Source of the DNA: Camelus dromedarius
Taxonomy: Eukaryota
Assembly: GCF_036321535.1 (NCBI RefSeq)
Contig: NC_087436.1
Location: 62,622,001-62,686,000, forward strand
DNA length: 64,000 nucleotides
Direction: 5' to 3'
Within the stretch, counting starts at the first letter, position 1; every line of letters starts with the position of its first letter. The position numbers and the translations under genes were made by a program. Below, one piece after another: positions 1 through 13,016 of the stretch. The notes under the pieces were generated by a model. It worked only from the letters and a program-made list of their open reading frames with translations, had not been told where the DNA came from and searched no databases.

Positions 1-1680
1 GGATATTAGCACTTTATCTGATAAGTGCTTTGCAAATATTTTCTCCTGTTCCATAGATTATCTTTCATTTTATTGAGTGCTTTCTTTGCTGTGGGTATGT
101 TTTTACTTTGATGATCATAGTCCAATTTGTTATTATTATTATTTTTTAAAATTTTCTTGCCTTTGCTTTGGGTGTCATATCCAAAAAATCATTGTCATGA
201 TCAGTGTCAAGGAGCTTTATCTCTATGTTTTCTCCTAGGGGTATTATGGTTACAGGGTTTAGATTTAAGACTTTAGTCCATTTTGAAATAAATTTTGGAA
301 GGATGTAAGGTAGACGTCCACTTTCAGTCTTTTGTGTGTGAATACCCAGTTCTCCCAACCCCACTTGTTGAAGAGGCTTCCCTTTCCTCATTGTGTGTTC
401 TTTGCTCCCCTGTCATGTGTTACTTCCATGACTTTATATCTGGGTTCTCTATTATGTCCCATCAGTCTCTGTGTCTTTTTTATGGCAGTACCATACTGAT
501 ATGATTACTGTATCTTTGTTATACAGTTTGAAATTAGGAAGTGTAAAGCCTAAAGCCTTTTCTTTCTCGAAATTGTTTCACCTGTTCAAGGTCTTTTGTG
601 GTGCCATTTGAATTTTAGGATTGCATTTTCTATTTTTTGTAAAAAATGACAGTGAAATTTTGATAAGGATTGTATTGAATCTGTAGATCTCTTTAGGTAG
701 TTTACACATTCTTTTAAATATTAATTTTTTAATCCATTAACAGAGGATCTCTTTTTATTTGTTTCTCCCTCAGTTTTTTTTTTTTTTTTTTAATGTGTTA
801 TAGTTTCTAGCGTATGGGTCATTCACTTCCTTGGTTGAATTTATGCTTAAGTATTCTGTTGTTTTTGATGCTATTATAAATGGGATTGTGTTCTTTATTT
901 CTCTTTCTGATAAGTTGTTGCTAAGCATATAGGGATTCAACTGATTTTTGAATATTGATTTTGTGTACTGCAACTTTACTGAAATTGTTTATTAGTTCTA
1001 ATGGATTTTTGGTGGTGTGTTTTAAGTTTTTCTATATATAGTATCCTGTCATCTGCAAACAGTGACAGTTTTACTCTTTCCTTTCTGACTTGAATGATTT
1101 TTATTTCTTTTTCCTTCCTAATTTCTCTGAGACTTCCACTGCTATGCTGAATAAAAATAGAAAGAGTGGGCAACCTTGTCACTGATCTGCATGAGAGAGT
1201 TTTCAGCTTTTCATCATTGAGTATGATGTTAACTGTGGGCTTGTCATAGATAAGCTTTATTTTGTTGAGGTGTGTTCCCTCTATACCCACTGTATCAAGA
1301 GTTTTTATTATAAATGGTTGTTGAATTGTGTCAAATGCTTTTGCTGCATCTATTGAGCTGATTATATAATTTGTATCCTTTGTTTTATTAATGTGGTGTG
1401 TCACATTGTTTGATTTGCAGCTATTGAGCCATTCTTGCATCTCTGGATCATGGTGTGTGATCCTTTAATGTATTATTGAAATTTGTTTCGCTAATGTTTT
1501 GTTGAGGATTTTTGCACCTATGCTCGTAAGGGATATTGGCCTATAAATTTCTTTTCTCTTGGCATTCTTGTCTGGTTTTGGTATCAGGGTAGTACTGGCC
1601 TCATAAAATGAGTTTGGAATTTCCCCTTTTCCTCTGTTTTTTGGAATAGTTTAAGAAGGATTGATACGAATTCTTCTTTC
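1..1680 (-). mobile_element. LINE-1 ORF2 fragment (RT domain and downstream region), decayed; runs off the window start
   Basis: ORF 976-1440 (MQEWLNSCKSNNVTHHINKTKDTNYIISSIDAAKAFDTIQQPFIIKTL...KLSLFADDRILYIE) matches L1 RT motifs (ISIDAEKAFDKIQHPF; FADDMILY). ORFs 770-973 and 146-391 match downstream ORF2 (IPFIIASK; DFLDMTPKAKA). Frameshifts and stops are present. Confidence 0.97.
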
Positions 1681-2521
1681 TCCTTTATTTCTGAGGGACT
1701 GTTTTGCCAGGTAAAGTATTCTTGAAGGGGAGGGATTCTCTCAATTCTGCAAAGCCATGCCTGTTATTGACAGCCCCTGTTTGCTTTCATAGGATAGTGC
1801 TGAATGCTCAGGGTTTGTGTGCTTTGTCCCAATCCTATAGAGTCAGGCGGGCTTCCTGTGCATGCTCACTAGCCATCTACAAAGTCTCATACCCACTGCC
1901 CTTAGGAGTATGCACAGGAAGCAGCCATATTGTGGGAGTGTGTAGGGGAAGGATGCACAGAGCACTGCCCATGCCCACAGTTGAGGATGGGGGTGGTCCA
2001 CCAGGAAGTTGACCCAGTGTTTCATGGGCTGACTCTCTGATGGAGTCCATTAAACAATCAGTAGGATCTGAATCCCTTTGATGCCCTTTGAGGGCCATAG
2101 CTGCTTTTCTCTTAGCTCCTCCCTATCACCAGTTACACAGCACACATTAGTTTACTGGATGGGGTGAAAAAGAATTGGGACCCTTTGATAGCCTCCTGCA
2201 TGCGCAGCTGGGAAAACCAGGTGTTTACCCACAGGCTCTTACTCTCAACTATGGGACAAATTGACAGCTGAGAAGGTCTTTCTTGGCACTGAGCTGTGCC
2301 GCCTTGAGGGAGGGGTGACACAGATAAAGTTGAAACCATTTGCTTTACCCAGTGTGTCCACCTCAGATTTTTCTTTGCTCCAGGGATGTGCTAGAATTTC
2401 TCCCCTGGACTCCTAAGCTTCCACAAAGGAACTCTCATCCATTGGTGATGGTCAAAATCAGTGTTATTTGTGGGGAATATGGTGGAAAACTCCCATTCCA
2501 CTATTTTGCTCATGACACTCC
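1681..2521 (-). mobile_element. L1 5' portion (about 35-bp ORF1-like remnant plus old L1M-type 5'UTR) joined to the ORF2 fragment by deletions
   Basis: 1681-1715 (tcctttatttctgagggactgttttgccaggtaaagtattcttg) resembles the antisense ORF1 3' region. A GC-richer tract follows and ends 'ccactattttgctcatgacactcc', like the antisense L1M 5' terminus (ccgccatcttgctgacgtcact). Confidence 0.7.
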
Positions 2522-5500
2522 TTGTTTATATGTTTAAATTATGGTATTTATGAATTATTGCAAATTGTTTTCCATTTATTTTAAATTATTATTATTTAAG
2601 TTTTAATAGATATTTTAATAGTAGCATATTTTTCTTCTATAAGTGATTCAAAGTATACTTACATATTCATTCATTTTTACCACCTAGATTGTTGCCATTT
2701 ATTGTTGTCTAAATTGCATCCTCATAAAAAAAACACTTTAAAAGAGGACAGTGCAACCATATTTGCAACATTTTACCAGAAAACATACATTATCTTGTCA
2801 GATGAGTGCTGTAAAATTTAAAAAAAGACAAAACAAGCCAAAAGTCATGAATTTGTAACAGTCTGGGGCAGATTATGTCCTCCTCAGTATTCCATAGACC
2901 TGCCACACCCTCATTGACTTAGTGATGTGTTATGACTTTATTCAGTTGTGATAAGCTCCTCGTGCCTGACCTGACTTCTTTTGCTTTTGAGATGTGTAAT
3001 GAACAAGTGAGAAACAAACACACCTCAGCAGAAAAAATGAAAACACTTTTTAATGGGGAAAGAAAGTATCTAAAATATATTGAAATGCTTCATTGGTGAA
3101 AAGAAAGTTGATTGTACATTAGTTTTCTTCTGTTGAGTACAGGAAGTTATTCAAAGAAGGCTTTCTTACAGAAGGCCTCCATGTATGCTAACAACAGAAG
3201 AAATAAAAATTGGATAATGTTAAAAGTAAAATAGTTAGAAGAAACAGTGTGTGATGTTACAATACTGACAGCAATTACTAAGAATCTTTGTAGCATCAGG
3301 AGTGGAGTTTCTTATGAATGGCAGAGTCGAGCTTTATCTTTTGAAAAAAACAAAGTATTTTCTAACCTAAAGATCATGGTCATGGCCCTCTTAATACCAA
3401 GAATGTTCAAAGAAAAATTGGGGATTTGAAACAGAAAAACATCTATGCTTTTGAAATATTTCTCTAATACTAGAATAGACTTCTAGTCCTCTTTATGACA
3501 TCCAATCTACTGCACAGCCAGTAACCTTCAAACAAAAATATGAGTTCAATGCTTTAAGGAGCTCTCCTTTAAATAAACAGTGTTAATATATTTTGTGATT
3601 GATTAGGATGCCATATTTAAAAAAAGAAATATATCTCATGTATATGGAACCCAAAAATGTATTTTAAATTCTCATTTCTTGTTGAACTCTATAAATTAGT
3701 TCCAGAATAATAACTAACTGGTAACTTACAGTAAATTATATATATGGATTTTTTCTCATACCTAAGGTAATATGCACTAAATATTAGATGAGCTTTCCAG
3801 TATGGTTTTCCTACTATTATGTCATTAATTTGAGAGAAAAAATTGCAATTAATCAATGATTACATGAAGGAGTCAAAGTGTAAGAAATGACAGATGAGTC
3901 AAACAGTAACTTTTCTAAAAGATTTGATATTTCATTTATCCATAACAGTTCTTTCAGGAGCACACAAGCCATCAATCTAATGGAATAGAATGGAATGGAA
4001 CACTTCCCACTTATGGTCCACTGTATAGTGATCTGGGAGCCAATTCCACATTCCTAGAAGGGTCACAGGACCTTTTCTGGGTCAGCAGTACTTCTTTAAC
4101 AAATCCTCCTCTACAACTCATAACCAACACATTTTCTTTCTAACTATTATACTTCTTTTCTGAGTAAACACATAGTTGCTGATTAAGTATGTTGTGCTGT
4201 TAACCTTTCTGGGCATACTGGGTATTCAACAACTTCCTCTGAATAATCATGATACAGGTTATCCTTCATCTCATCTAAGGTAGTCTTACATTAATAAATA
4301 CAACTTATGCTTCCATATGTATTCATTTCAATTATTTTTGAAGCTTTAGCCTATTACCTTAATTCTAATCTCACTTAAACATTGTGCTTGGGACCTGAGA
4401 CAACACATAGTGATATGGTAACTATTGTCAAAATCATAGAGGCATTAAAAAAACCTGAGTAAGAAATCTTATAATTCAAACATTTAGGACCATGGAAACG
4501 TATATTCTAAACTAATAATCCACTGAACAAAAAGCTTAATTTTGCATTTCTAATGAAACTGATATAAATTGATATACTATTTGACATGACATTATTTAGC
4601 TTACTGTCTTTTTTTTTTTAACTCACATTTCAATCAGTTGCTTAAAAGGTCATGTTTAATGTCACATTAGCACTTCCCCAGAAAGATTTATTTTTGTTTA
4701 GATTTAGTATGGTAAGATAAAAACTTTCTGGGTATTCATTCCAAATGGAACTTTCCAAAAGTTCCATTCAAGATTCTAGTATAGCTTCACCAAGGTGTCC
4801 ATCTCTAGTCAATGATAGCCAACTGCTGTACAACTTTATAACATAAATAGTGCACAGTGATGTCTATTCAATGAGTCTTTCTCTTTTGATTCTTTAGATT
4901 TCACGTAACAATAGAAAAATAGATATTAGTATAGATTTAGATGTGATTATATAATGAATCTAAATGCAAAACATTATTCAGATAATTTTTTCTTAAAATT
5001 AAAATTAAGAAACCACATGAATTGATGAGTCTTTAAAAATTTTTTTTGAACATCTATGTAATTCTCATTCCTTGACCCACTTTCTCCTTTCACTGGCCAA
5101 TAGCTTCTTGAAGCATAACAGAAAGCATTATTACCCAACAGTTTCATTGAGTCTTATTGAGCATGGCTGTGTATAATAACCATTTCTTTTATATGTTGTG
5201 CCACTGAAAACAGTCATCCAGGGCTTCAGTGAATCCGGCCAACATATATTATGGCAACGGTCCCTGCTATTTTTGACAGTCTGGTGTCATTTCTTCTTTT
5301 CTGTTGTTGAGAAAACTTCAATTTGGCACTGGGGAGTGGCTTATCATTTACTAAGCAATTCATGTAATTCAAGCCCAGAAAAATTCATAGATTGGTGCAT
5401 GAGTATCTGTGCTTCTCATCTCTTTGGCCATGATAATTAGTTTAAGGCGCAAGAGACCTAAGGAACATTTGCTGTTGGTTTCAGCAGGAAAAATATTTCC

Positions 5501-7549
5501 TGATCTTTTGAGATGGGAGAAATAGCTTCTCTTACTGGTTGACATAAAAAATGGAAACATGTAGATCCCATGGCTACTGGTATACTTTTGATTTCTTAGG
5601 AAGTGTTAGGTTTAAGTTGTAGTTAATACAATGGAAGACATAGAGGAGAGAAAGAATAAAACTCTTTTCATTGGGTTTTTGTACACTACTAGATTAATTT
5701 TCAGTTATAAAAAAGATGCCAAAAATATCTCTTTATTTTTAGGCCAAGAATTCCTTGCCAATACCTCACCAATGCATAACCAATAAAGCTCCATTCTCAA
5801 AATCAAAATAAAGCACAATTATGAAATTTTGTGGGGTTTTTTTCCCTACATTTTTACAAGTCTCTTAGTTCTGCATCCATGATGTATAATTTGGTGATGG
5901 AATATATATCCTTTTTTCTGAACTGATAATACTCAAAATATTTCACACCTAATAATAAACCACATAATATTGGTATTTAATATTTTCACATAAATCTTTA
6001 AGATATGAGGAATGGATGTTTCTTCTCTTCTATATACTCTAAAATACATGGAAGAGCACAATATATCTTGATAGAGGAGAAGAAAAATTATTGAATACTT
6101 TGGTTGATGAGTATCACATTTTTTAATGTGTAAAGAGCATATTAATTAGATTATATTATACATGCTGCCTGATAATGAAAATGATGGAACTATTAAACTA
6201 AAGTGTGCTTTAATTTGTCATTTAATAGAGAAGAAAGCTGTGGTGAGATGAGAGGAATTGCTATACCTTGTATGCATATTTCATCACCCAGGAGATAATT
6301 ATTCCTATGATTCAAAGGTTAAAAAAAATCAATTTTAAGACATTAAGAAATTAGAGATTTTAAACTGCATTTAAAAATATTTTAGACAGTTACAATTTTT
6401 TCTATGCTATGGAATACTGGTTATTAACATTCACGAATCACAACTTGTGATGTATATCTTTTTATCCTGATGTTAAGCAAAATATTATTAATACCAAGTA
6501 CTAGTAATCTTTTTGGAAACCATGGTCTCATAACAGTCCTTTTACCACAAGCTCTTTGCTCATATGTTTATATTTCTATTCATCTTTTACCAATCAGTTT
6601 GTTTTGTTTGCTTTCCAAAGGAGGCTTCATAGCTGAAAATGTGTGTCACTTTTCCACTTAAATGACATAATGGCTGGATATAATAATCAAAGGTAATGTG
6701 TCATTGTTTCTATGATTGACTATTATCATGCTGAATTCTGAGGCTGTCTGATTTTTTTCCTCATGTTTATAATTATTTTCTACTTACATTCCTGGAAAAC
6801 TTATTTGTGAGACTTAAAATTCAGTGACTAAACAAGGTATGTCTGTATCTCTGTCATTATGTTTCAGTTTCTTACTATGTGTCCATTCAGTTTGTAGATC
6901 TTGTTCATTCGTCTTCATCTAAACCACTGTCCTTCTGTATTTATAGTATTACTTATCTAGCTCGGTTTTCCACTTCTCATTTTCTCCATATGTTTTTAAT
7001 ATACCCTCTGAAAACTGTCACTTAACTCCAATATTCACAAGTTTATCTTTTAAAATTTCCTTCTCTCTCTCTTTTCTTTTTTCTTATTCTTTTTTTTTTT
7101 TTTTTTTTTTTAACTAAACTTAAACCTGCCTCTCCACTTAGAATAATGTCTGTCTCAAAGCTTTCTCAAGTGGTGAATTTTTTCCCCAGCATTCTGGGCT
7201 TTTCTTGGCTTGGAAGAGAGCTAAGTGTTCTGCTTGCTTGTAATTTCCCTTTTTTTCCCTCCCTTTTTTCTTCAAAACAACCTACATCCTTGAAGTTTGT
7301 ATTGTCAGACCATGCACTATCTATACTGTATTACTGCCAGCCATCATATTTCAAATTACCCCTTCCTTTTTGTTTTACTGAAGGCTTAAGATTCACTTGC
7401 TCAGTCTATTTTTCTATTCTTTTATTCCTTGCATCTTTCTTGTTGATGCTGGAAATCAAACAAAAACCTGGCCTCTTTATTTCTTGGATTTATAAATTCT
7501 CAGCATCTTTTGACAACCAATCTTAGCTACTTACTTTTTAGGAAGGCTT

Positions 7550-7960
7550 TTGACTTCTGACTCCAATATTCTCAATTTTCAGTCATTTGACCCTATTAGA
7601 AACTTCAAATTACTTAATCATTTTAAACCTATTCATCACTTCATCCATGTCCTGTTTTCTTTCTTTACCTATTTTAAATTCTATGTCCTAGAAATCGATT
7701 CACTCTCGCTGACATCCTTAATGCCATCATCTTTCCACCTATCTGCCAAAACCCTAATCCTGCTTATCCTTCGAAACAAGCATATTTAATGTTGAGCCTG
7801 CACATATTTAATGTTTTCTCCTGTTTGTCACAGGAGAAAAAAAATCACACAACTGTGTTGCCATGTTTTATTTAAAAAATTTGTACCAAACATCAAATAG
7901 ATATACCATACACCTTTCAGCTATATGATTGCATTCCCAGGCAAATATGCTTTCTCACTT
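7550..7960 (+). mobile_element. L2 internal fragment, highly decayed
   Basis: Pyrimidine-rich tract containing 'ccaaaaccctaatcctg...ggagaaaaaaaatcacacaac', resembling L2 ORF2 internal consensus. Confidence 0.5.
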
Positions 7961-8169
7961 TCCAAAGCAACCATTTCCTAATATTTGGTCATCACATCTC
8001 TGCTATCAGTTTGATAACCATCAATATCTTTGGCTTATGTCTGCTAAAAAATTTAAGAAATTGGATGAGAAATACCTGGTTATTCTACCACCAAATCTAA
8101 CAGCTTGTTTTTTCAATGTATATGCACTTTTTTCTTTCTGTAGAAAAAGCACTCTGGGAATCTGTACTG

Positions 8170-10553
8170 GATACATGTGCCTGACTATCAAGAAAAAATT
8201 ACAAGGCAAGCCAAAATGGAAAAATAAAACACAATTTGAAGAGACCAAACAAGCATCAGAATCAGACATAGCTGAGATGTTGGTATTATCAGACTGGAAA
8301 TTTAAAATAACTGATTAATATACTAAGGACTCTAATGAAAAAAGAAGACAACATGCAAGAACAGATGGACAATGTAAGCAGAGGGATGGAAACCCTGAAA
8401 GAGAATCAGAGAGAAATACTAGAGATTTAAAAAAAAAACAACTGCAACAGAAGTGAAGAATGCCTTTGAAGGGCTTATTGGTAGACTGGACACACACAAC
8501 TGAGGAAAGATCTCTTAGACTGAGGATATATCAACAGAATCATCAAAAACTGAAAAGCAAGGAAAACAAAGACTGAAAAAAACAAAACAGAATATCCAAG
8601 AACTGTGGCACAACTACACAATGTGTGTAATGGAATACCAAAAGGAGAAGAGAAGAAAAAGTAACAGAAGAAATATTTTCAAAAATAATGACTGAGAATG
8701 TCCCCAAGTTAAAACAAGTGGAGAAATATTTCATGTTCATGGATATAGATATAAAGACTCAATATGGTCAAGATGTCAGTTCTTCCCATCTTGATCTTTA
8801 TAGTCAATGCAAACCTCATCAAAATCACAAAAGTTATTTTGTGGATATTGAAAAACTGATCCTAACATTTTATGGAGGCAAAAGATCCAGAATAGCCAAA
8901 ACAGTGTTGAAGGAGAAGAAAATTGGAAGACTGATACTACTTTAGTTCAAAACTTACAATAAAGCGTCAGTAAATTAAGATAGTGTGGTATTAGTGAAGG
9001 TTAGACAGACTGATCAGTGGAACAGAACAGAGAGTCCAAAAATAGATCTACATAAATACAGTTAACTAATCTTTAACAAAGGAGCAAAAACAATGCAATG
9101 AAGCAAATACAGTCTTTTTCAATAATTAGTACTAGAACAACTAGACATCCACATGCAAAACAATCAAACAAAAAACTGAGTCTAGTCACAAGCCTTGTAC
9201 TCTTCACAAAAATCAACCAAAAGTATATCAGATTAACCAAAAATAGATTCTAAATGTAGAATGAAAAGCCATAAAACTTCTAGAAGATATCATAGGAGAA
9301 AGGTAGATGATCTTGGGTATGAGGATGACTTTTAGATACAGCACCAAAATCACAATCCATGAAGAAATAATTGACAAGTTGAACTTCACTAAAATTAGAA
9401 GTATCTTCTCTGCAAAAGACAATGTCAAGAGACTAAGAAGGCAAGCCACAGACTGGGAGAAAATATTGGTAAAGACACATCTGATACAGGACTGTTATTC
9501 AAAATATACAAAGAACTCTTTAAACTCAACAATAAGAAAACAACCCAATTAAAAAATGGGCAAAGACCTTAACAGATCTCACCCAAAAGGACATACATGT
9601 GGCAAATGAGCATATAAAAAGACACTCCACATCGTACATCAGTCATCAGGGAAATGCAAATTAAAACAGCAATAAGATAGTTCTACATGCCTATTAGAAT
9701 AGCCAAAATCCAGAACATTGACACCAAACACTTCTGAGATATGGAGCAAAAGGAGCTTTCATTCATGGCCAGTGGGAATTCAAAATGCTACAGCCACTTT
9801 GGAAGACAATTTGGTGGTCTCTTATAAAACTAAACATATTATTATCATATGATCCATCAATTGCACTCTTCAGTGTTTATCCAAAGGAGCTGAAACTTAT
9901 TTCCACACAAAAACCAGCTCATGGATGTTTATAGCAGCTTTATTCATAATGGTCAAAACTTGGAAGCAACCAAGATGTCTTTCAGTAGGTGGTTAGGTAA
10001 ATAAACTGTGGTACATCCAGACAGTGTAATATTATTCAATGCTAAAAAGAAATGAGCTATCAAACCATGAAAATACACAGAGGAATCTTAAATGCACATT
10101 ACTAAGCAAAATAAATCAATATGAAAGGGCTACATATTGTATGATTCTAACTATATGACATTCTGGGAAAGACAAGACTATGGAGACCAATAAAAAGGTC
10201 AGTAGATACCTTGGGTGTGGGGGTTAGATGGGATAAATAGACAGAGAACAGAGGATATTTAGGGCAGTGAAAATACTTTGTATGATGCTGTAATGATGGA
10301 TGCATATCATTACACCACTGTCCAAACCCACAGAATGTAGAACACCAAGAATGAACTGTATTCTAAACTATTTACTCAGGATCATTATGATGGGTCACTG
10401 TAGGTTCATCATTTGTTGCAAAGTCACCACTTTAGTGGAAGATGTTGATAAGAGAAGTTAGGCATTTATGGGGGTGGGGATTTGTAGGAAATCTCTGTAT
10501 CTTACACTCAATTTTACTATTAACCTTAGACTGCTCTAAAAAAAGTCAATATA
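8170..10553 (+). mobile_element. L1MC-like LINE-1: ORF1 fragment fused to the ORF2 3' part and 3'UTR
   Basis: ORF1-like 8170-8710 (KTQFEETKQASESDIAEMLVLSDWKFKIT). Abrupt switch at ~8712 to ORF2-like 'aagtggagaaatatttcatgttcatggat', then IAKTVLKEK and VKRLRRQATDWEKI. L1MC1/2-type 3'UTR (gagctatcaaaccatgaaa...ccaaacccacagaatgtagaacaccaaga...ctgctctaaaaaaagtc). Confidence 0.9.
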
Positions 10554-13016
10554 AATTCTTATAAATTCTAATAAAGTCATTAATTTCTGAGTTTGCTTGC
10601 AGACTCAGGTCTGTGTTTCTCAAAGGTTACTCTCTTTTCATCAGCACATGAAATTTTCAGTTTAAAGTAATTTGTTCATATTTTTAAGAAAGTGAAATGA
10701 AAGAGAAACTTATTTTTTCTCATTCATTTTTTACTATTTGATCTATGTTATTATTTTGTAGATTTAACCGCTCAATCTATTTTTATTTACTTCCACCTTT
10801 TGAAGATTAGTATATTGTTACTTCTAGGTATTTCCCCTAACATTTGTATTTCATTTGTAACTTAGCTAATGTTTTCTTTCTCTACGTATTAAGCTATAGT
10901 CACCTCCACCAACTTAACCCTTATGATGCAAATTACTGTCTGCTACATAAATTTCACTCATATTTTAATATTTCTGTTCTACATAGATACACTCTAGTTT
11001 ATGTATTTCATTCTTGGAGTGTCTGTTTATAAGTTAAAACACCATCTCTTTGAAGACAGGATGCCAAAAGCTCAAATCATTCATAGGAAAAAAGCAGCTA
11101 ATATTGGGGTAAGTATTTAAATATAATTTCCCTTTAATGTTCAAATACAATTATTTTAAATGTCATAGATTGATTTTTCTGAACTTACAAAATGTAGTAT
11201 TAGAAAAATAGAACATATTACCGAAAAGATACACTGCTGTAAGTATTAGAGCTTGCCTCAAATGGATGCTGCATTTCTGTATTTATAACATTGTCTAATA
11301 CTAAAAGGAATTAAGCAGAATCAATAAGAATTTACCGAAGTGTAAAGCACAAAAAAGTAGAGCTGTGTTACAAGTGATATACAGAAAGTGTTAATTACTG
11401 ATACTTATTTTCCACAAAATTCTTAAGTATCTTTTATAATAGCTATTTCTTATACAGGTCTGTGACTTTTCAAGTTAAAGATGTCTAACCAAACTTTTTT
11501 CATTCTTTCAGATATATCCAGTACTTAAATGAAATCCCCAGATGACTAATATTTTGGTTTTCAAAAAAAAAAAAATGGTTTGTAGACTCAAGTATAGAGA
11601 TCAAATGCTTATAAAGCTCATCATATTCATTTAAGTATTACACAATGGCTATTAGATTTTGGCAACATTTTCTGTCTGAATATCTTGAAGCTGACACTTT
11701 TAAAATAATGTCTATATTCTGTTTAAACTGGGGAACCAAGGAGTTAAATTGGCATGCTACCTACCACCTTTATATAAACATACAGAAAAAAAGATTCTTA
11801 TAACATGAGCTCAGTAAGGCATCATGAAAATGTCTGATTATATTTTGACATGGACAATTTAAAAAGAACTAAAAACAAAGATGTTTCTGAAAACACAACT
11901 CACTTTCTGACATATGTATGCTATGTAAAAATATGAATTTATAGCTAATTTATGAAAGTAGATTTTCTAAATTTTCTCTTTATTTTTAAACTGGAAGTAA
12001 ATAATCTTAAGAGAAATAGTGTCACAGAGTAATGAGGAAAATAGTTTTCATAAGTAATTGGTAAAGATTATGGCCTGATTTGGGGACATACATACTAAAG
12101 GTACAATTTTCCCTTGGTTGTAAGATGACATTATTTGAGACTATATCACTGATTGAATATCTGGATAGATGATTAACCATAATATCCTTCATGATGATAT
12201 TTTTTTTCTAGAAATCCTGCTCACATACTATGTTAATATTTTATTTGTTTAAATTGTGGTTTGCCTTTAAACTATCATTAAATTTGTAATGTGTATGCTG
12301 CATTTATGTAATTACTTCATCTTAGGGTTGGGATTAATGAAGAAAGTAGCCAAAACAGAGGAATATGTCTCACCAGATGCTTTGATTTTTCTTTGCTTAA
12401 TTGAAATAAGAAGTTCCTAATGTTCACAATTAATCAGGGATTACAACTTATGTGTTTTGACTGAAAAACTTACTATAATAAAAGTTAACAATAGTGGTTA
12501 AAATGTTTCACCCAGGGAAGAGAAAGTTTACTATTAGGTACTTATCTCAAAGAAAAGTAAACTAATTGAGCTGATAATAGTTGAACAATCCACCCTTCCC
12601 TGCTCCATTTCCAAGTCCTAGAATGAAATGCAATAATGAGAAATAGTATGTGATTGGGAAGGCGTGGAGACATAAAAGATCTGGGTTTCTATGATGGGGT
12701 TTTCTTGCTGTGATTGTCCTATAGCCATTCTTTTTTTGCTAACACCCTGAAATCCTAACCTATTCTTTCAGTTCCTTTTTGTGGCAAGAACTCTTAGAGA
12801 AGATCTATTGTCTAAGGAGAATCATTAACATGGAAAGAGAAGGAATGACTAAGCCCACGAGAGCCTCTGTCCTTGGGCAAGAGACATAAAATTAGCAAGA
12901 GGTAATGGGGAAATTCATGTTTTTTCCACCTTCTTGTTGTTAATACACTGAATATATACAGGTTTCTTTTCCTTTAAAAAAAATATATTGGTGATACAGT
13001 GCTTAATTTAAAATAT

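Noticed and set aside
976..1440. 154-aa ORF with reverse-transcriptase motifs as a functional or novel RT gene
   Set aside because: Ordinary decayed L1 ORF2: frameshifts, stops and neighbouring fragments in other frames.
7146..7526. 126-aa hydrophobic ORF
   Set aside because: Composition (F/L/S) simply reflects T/C-rich sequence. No domain or convincing splice context.
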